DNA of 38,194 bases, from the IMG/VR virus record IMGVR_UViG_3300048901_000032, positions 1 through 38,194 of that record. The stretch is one strand, 5' to 3'. The stretch comes from a virus (taxonomy: Duplodnaviria > Caudoviricetes). Within the stretch, counting starts at the first letter, position 1. The number at the start of each line of letters is the position of its first letter. The notes under the pieces are model-generated. The model made no database searches. It was given only the letters and a program-made list of their open reading frames with translations, and had not been told where the DNA came from. Positions 35,998 to 38,194 of this stretch are shown piece after piece. The position numbers and the translations under genes were made by a program.

Positions 35998-36411
35998 ATG
36001 ACGCTGCGCACCTTCCTGATCCTGCTCGTCGGCTGCTCGTTGGCGGGCATTGTTTACGCCGCGACCGGCCCGGCGAATCACGACGCCGACGCGATCAATC
36101 GCTGGTTCGATGACCTGCTGCTAATCGTCAGCCGCGCCAGGGGCTTGATTGAGCCGATCGTTGGCCTGGCCGTCGCGGTCATGCTGGCCATGCAATACCT
36201 GAGCCTGCGCCGGCAGAAAGAAACGACGGCCACGGTCAAGGAGGTGCATGTGGCCCAGGTGGCTGCTACAGCGGAGCGTAAGGAACAGGCGAGTACGCTG
36301 GCGGCGCAAAACGACGTTCTGGCGGACGTCAAGCAAACGGTCGAAACCGTCAAGGCGGCCGTGGCACCGTCCGAACCGATTACCGAGCAACCCAAGGACT
36401 ATCCGACATGA
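35998..36411 (+). CDS. Lysis-module membrane protein (holin or spanin-like)
   Basis: GAGGAG RBS; N-terminal signal/TM, a second TM, and a coiled-coil C-terminus. Confidence 0.65.
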   Translation: MTLRTFLILLVGCSLAGIVYAATGPANHDADAINRWFDDLLLIVSRARGLIEPIVGLAVAVMLAMQYLSLRRQKETTATVKEVHVAQVAATAERKEQASTLAAQNDVLADVKQTVETVKAAVAPSEPITEQPKDYPT

Positions 36412-36560
36412 CCATTTCCCTACAACTCATTTTGTTGTTGATTCCATTCGTTGTTTTCCTCGTTCTGGCTCTCATTGCCGGCGAGCCTAAATCCTCGGAT
36501 TTTTGGTTCAAATTGCTTGTCGCTGGAGCTATAGTGATTACCTTCGGCGTGGTTCACTAG
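36408..36560 (+). CDS. AT-rich 50-aa two-TM peptide (MTISLQLILLLIPFVVFLVLALIAGEPKSSDFWFKLLVAGAIVITFGVVH)
   Basis: Translated by hand; AAGGA RBS; ATGA overlap. Confidence 0.6.
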   Translation: MTISLQLILLLIPFVVFLVLALIAGEPKSSDFWFKLLVAGAIVITFGVVH

Positions 36561-36567
36561 GACAAGT

Positions 36568-37055
36568 ATGAAAGTCTTCCCTGTTGAAATACTTCATGAG
36601 CTTTTTGTTTACGATCATGAGACTGGCAAGATATTCAACAGGATTAGTCGGCGCGGCGCGAAGCGAGGAAAAGAGGCCGGCGAAGTTAAGCGGGATGGGT
36701 ATAGACGCATCCTTATCGGCGGCGAATACTACTATTCGCATCGCGTTGCTTATGCCATGCACAACGGCAAATGGCCTGACGTGTTTTTAGACCATGCCGT
36801 TGGAGCTTTCGCTGGGAATGCGATAGGGAATCTGAGGCCATCAACGCATACCCAGAACATGCAAAACGCCAAGCTGAGCAAAGCCAACACTAGTGGCGTG
36901 AAAGGCGTTTATTGGCTAGAGGAAAATGGACGGCCAGAATAGATGAGTTTGGACGCCAGCATTATCTTGGCCGTTACGACGATTTAGAGCTTGCGGAACT
37001 CGTCGTTTCAGAGGCTCGTCGCAAGTATCACGGCGAGTTCGCTCGCCATTCTTAA
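36568..37055 (+). pseudogene. Frameshifted HNH-AP2 homing endonuclease
   Basis: YDHETG, GY..I, HRVAY...G.WP..LDH...N...NL, NTSGVKGVYW to a stop at 36942; AP2 part (KWTARI...HYLGRYDDLELA...EARRKYHGEFAR) continues in the -1 frame to TAA at 37055. Confidence 0.85.
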
Positions 37056-37064
37056 GGAGCCGCC

Positions 37065-37367
37065 ATGCGAACCCTATGCCGAATTATCGCCATGATCCTG
37101 ACCATGCTGCTCGTCGCCTGCGCGGGCCTCAGCGAGCATCAACGCATCGCCGTGGCCTGTGACGCCGAGGCGTCGTCGCTGCAAGCCCTGACGGCCGCCG
37201 AACGCGCCGGACGCATCAGCAAAGCCCAGCTCGGGCAGGCCATCGACATCTACAAGCGCACGGTTCCGGTCTGCGAGCCGCCCGCGCAATCCCTGGACGC
37301 CGTGCAGAAAGCGGCGCTTGACCTGGCCGTGGCTGAATTGGCCGCCCGTGTGGAGAAGTCGAAATGA
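37065..37367 (+). CDS. Lipoprotein of the lysis module
   Basis: TAAGGAG RBS; signal peptide with lipobox LVA-C; two further Cys. Confidence 0.75.
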   Translation: MRTLCRIIAMILTMLLVACAGLSEHQRIAVACDAEASSLQALTAAERAGRISKAQLGQAIDIYKRTVPVCEPPAQSLDAVQKAALDLAVAELAARVEKSK

Positions 37368-37531
37368 TCCCCGAAGCCGATGTCCAGTTGATCCTGTTCC
37401 TGTTCAATCTCGCCAAAGACACGGCGGCGCAGATTCAGTCGATCCGCGCAGATAGGCCCGAAGCCTACGAGGAAGCCTCGAAACGGCATGCGGCGGCTTT
37501 GATGGATGCAGAGGCGGCGCTGAGGGAATGA
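37364..37531 (+). CDS. Small amphipathic-helix protein (55 aa, MIPEADVQLILFLFNLAKDTAAQIQ...)
   Basis: Translated by hand; GGAG RBS; ATGA-coupled to the lipoprotein. Confidence 0.6.
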   Translation: MIPEADVQLILFLFNLAKDTAAQIQSIRADRPEAYEEASKRHAAALMDAEAALRE

Positions 37532-37543
37532 CTGGCGGGATAT

Positions 37544-37573
37544 GCTGGGGCCGCCCTTGCGAGGCGCCCCAGC
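37544..37573. terminator. Hairpin between convergent operons
   Basis: GCTGGGG-C-CGCC...GGCG-CCCCAGC stem just after the last late gene. Confidence 0.5.
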
Positions 37574-37650
37574 TTGCGCCGTATGCCCGTCGGGAGACGC
37601 ACTGATTCCTGCCAGAATCGGGCGCAGCCTAGACCGTATTGTCTACTAAG

Positions 37651-37941
37651 TCAATCACGAAGCTGAATAAGCCGATACTCAAACTCGCGCAGAGACCATG
37701 ATGCGCGTATCTCTGGCATTTCGCTCCGATACTTTATCCGTCGCTCAACAAACATCAGCCATGCCGATTTGTCGTATCCGACATCGACTGGAAACCATAC
37801 GAAGTGCCGGTGCCATTGACACTCACGTTCCCATTGCGGACGTAGTTGTTCCCGACGTTTGGCCCAAGCCTTTCGCCACTTTTCAACCTGGGCCGAATTG
37901 CGTTTGTGCCATTCATCGCTAGACATTCGGTGAATAATCAT
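37651..37941 (-). CDS. Hypothetical protein (96 aa, lower GC)
   Basis: TAATG-coupled to the upstream ORF; WHRHFVWFPV...WL..VERR pattern. Confidence 0.65.
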   Translation of the reverse strand: MIIHRMSSDEWHKRNSAQVEKWRKAWAKRREQLRPQWERECQWHRHFVWFPVDVGYDKSAWLMFVERRIKYRSEMPEIRASWSLREFEYRLIQLRD

Positions 37942-38194
37942 TATCGGGTCTGCTCATGCGCCAGCGGATTAAACGGTTCGGGCTTGTCCTCACTCCCCGC
38001 CACAGGCTTTTTCCCATTCCATATCATCATCTGACACGGGCAGGCCGGAGCACCGTCTTGCGGGCCTCGGCAACAACATGGCCCCATAACATCGGCAAGG
38101 ACTTTCCGGAGGCGTTCAATTTCCCGGTCGCGATCTGCAAGCTGGGATTTTACTTCGGCTAATTGATATTCGGTCGGAGTCCTGCGCGGCAACC
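37941..38194 (-). CDS. Hypothetical protein, 5'-truncated by the window edge
   Basis: Open to the end of the window; coiled coil followed by Cys-rich PCCCRGPQDGAPACPCQM. Confidence 0.55.
   Translation of the reverse strand, partial: LPRRTPTEYQLAEVKSQLADRDREIERLRKVLADVMGPCCCRGPQDGAPACPCQMMIWNGKKPVAGSEDKPEPFNPLAHEQTR

Larger units (their letters stand above)
1..38194. mobile_element. Podovirus-type bacteriophage genome (BPP-1/epsilon15-like morphogenesis module), near-complete
   Basis: Contiguous order terminase, portal, scaffold, capsid, cement, tail tubular A/B, ejection proteins, fibre, lysis, plus early recombination and replication genes. No host housekeeping genes. Confidence 0.95.

Noticed and set aside
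36915-36942. Programmed -1 frameshift in the HNH-AP2 gene
   Set aside because: No X XXY YYZ heptamer, and the linker is shorter than usual, which fits a deletion better.
38150-38194. Exact circular closure with position 1
   Set aside because: Strand orientation fits, but a direct join does not put the ATG at 24 in frame with the 37941-38194 ORF, and no terminal repeat is visible; some sequence is probably missing.

Overview
This window is a GC-rich, probably near-complete genome of a short-tailed (podovirus-type) phage. Its virion module follows the BPP-1/epsilon15/T7-like plan and its early region is lambdoid-like. A leftward operon encodes a putative single-strand annealing protein, a RecE/DUF3799-like exonuclease and a coiled-coil protein. 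Back-to-back promoters precede a Cro-like gene, a YdaU/DUF1376 replication initiator with internal iterons, and small accessory genes, one with a perfect Ser-Ala-(Ala)-Tyr repeat. The late region encodes a ParB-DNA methylase, TerS, TerL, portal, scaffold, capsid, cement protein, two fibre-plus-tip pairs, tail adaptor, a split nozzle, a GNAT-like protein, three ejection proteins and a lysis cassette interrupted by a frameshifted HNH-AP2 gene. I see no integrase, CI repressor, polymerase, reverse transcriptase, tRNA or CRISPR array. The three most notable observations are: (1) an internal promoter and an overprinted +1-frame gene nested in the giant ejection-protein gene, overlapping its ADP-ribosyltransferase-like domain; (2) a ~200-nt multi-branched RNA structure between terL and the portal operon; (3) a nozzle gene split inside an inserted domain. 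All family assignments come from reading motifs and synteny by eye; no database search was run.
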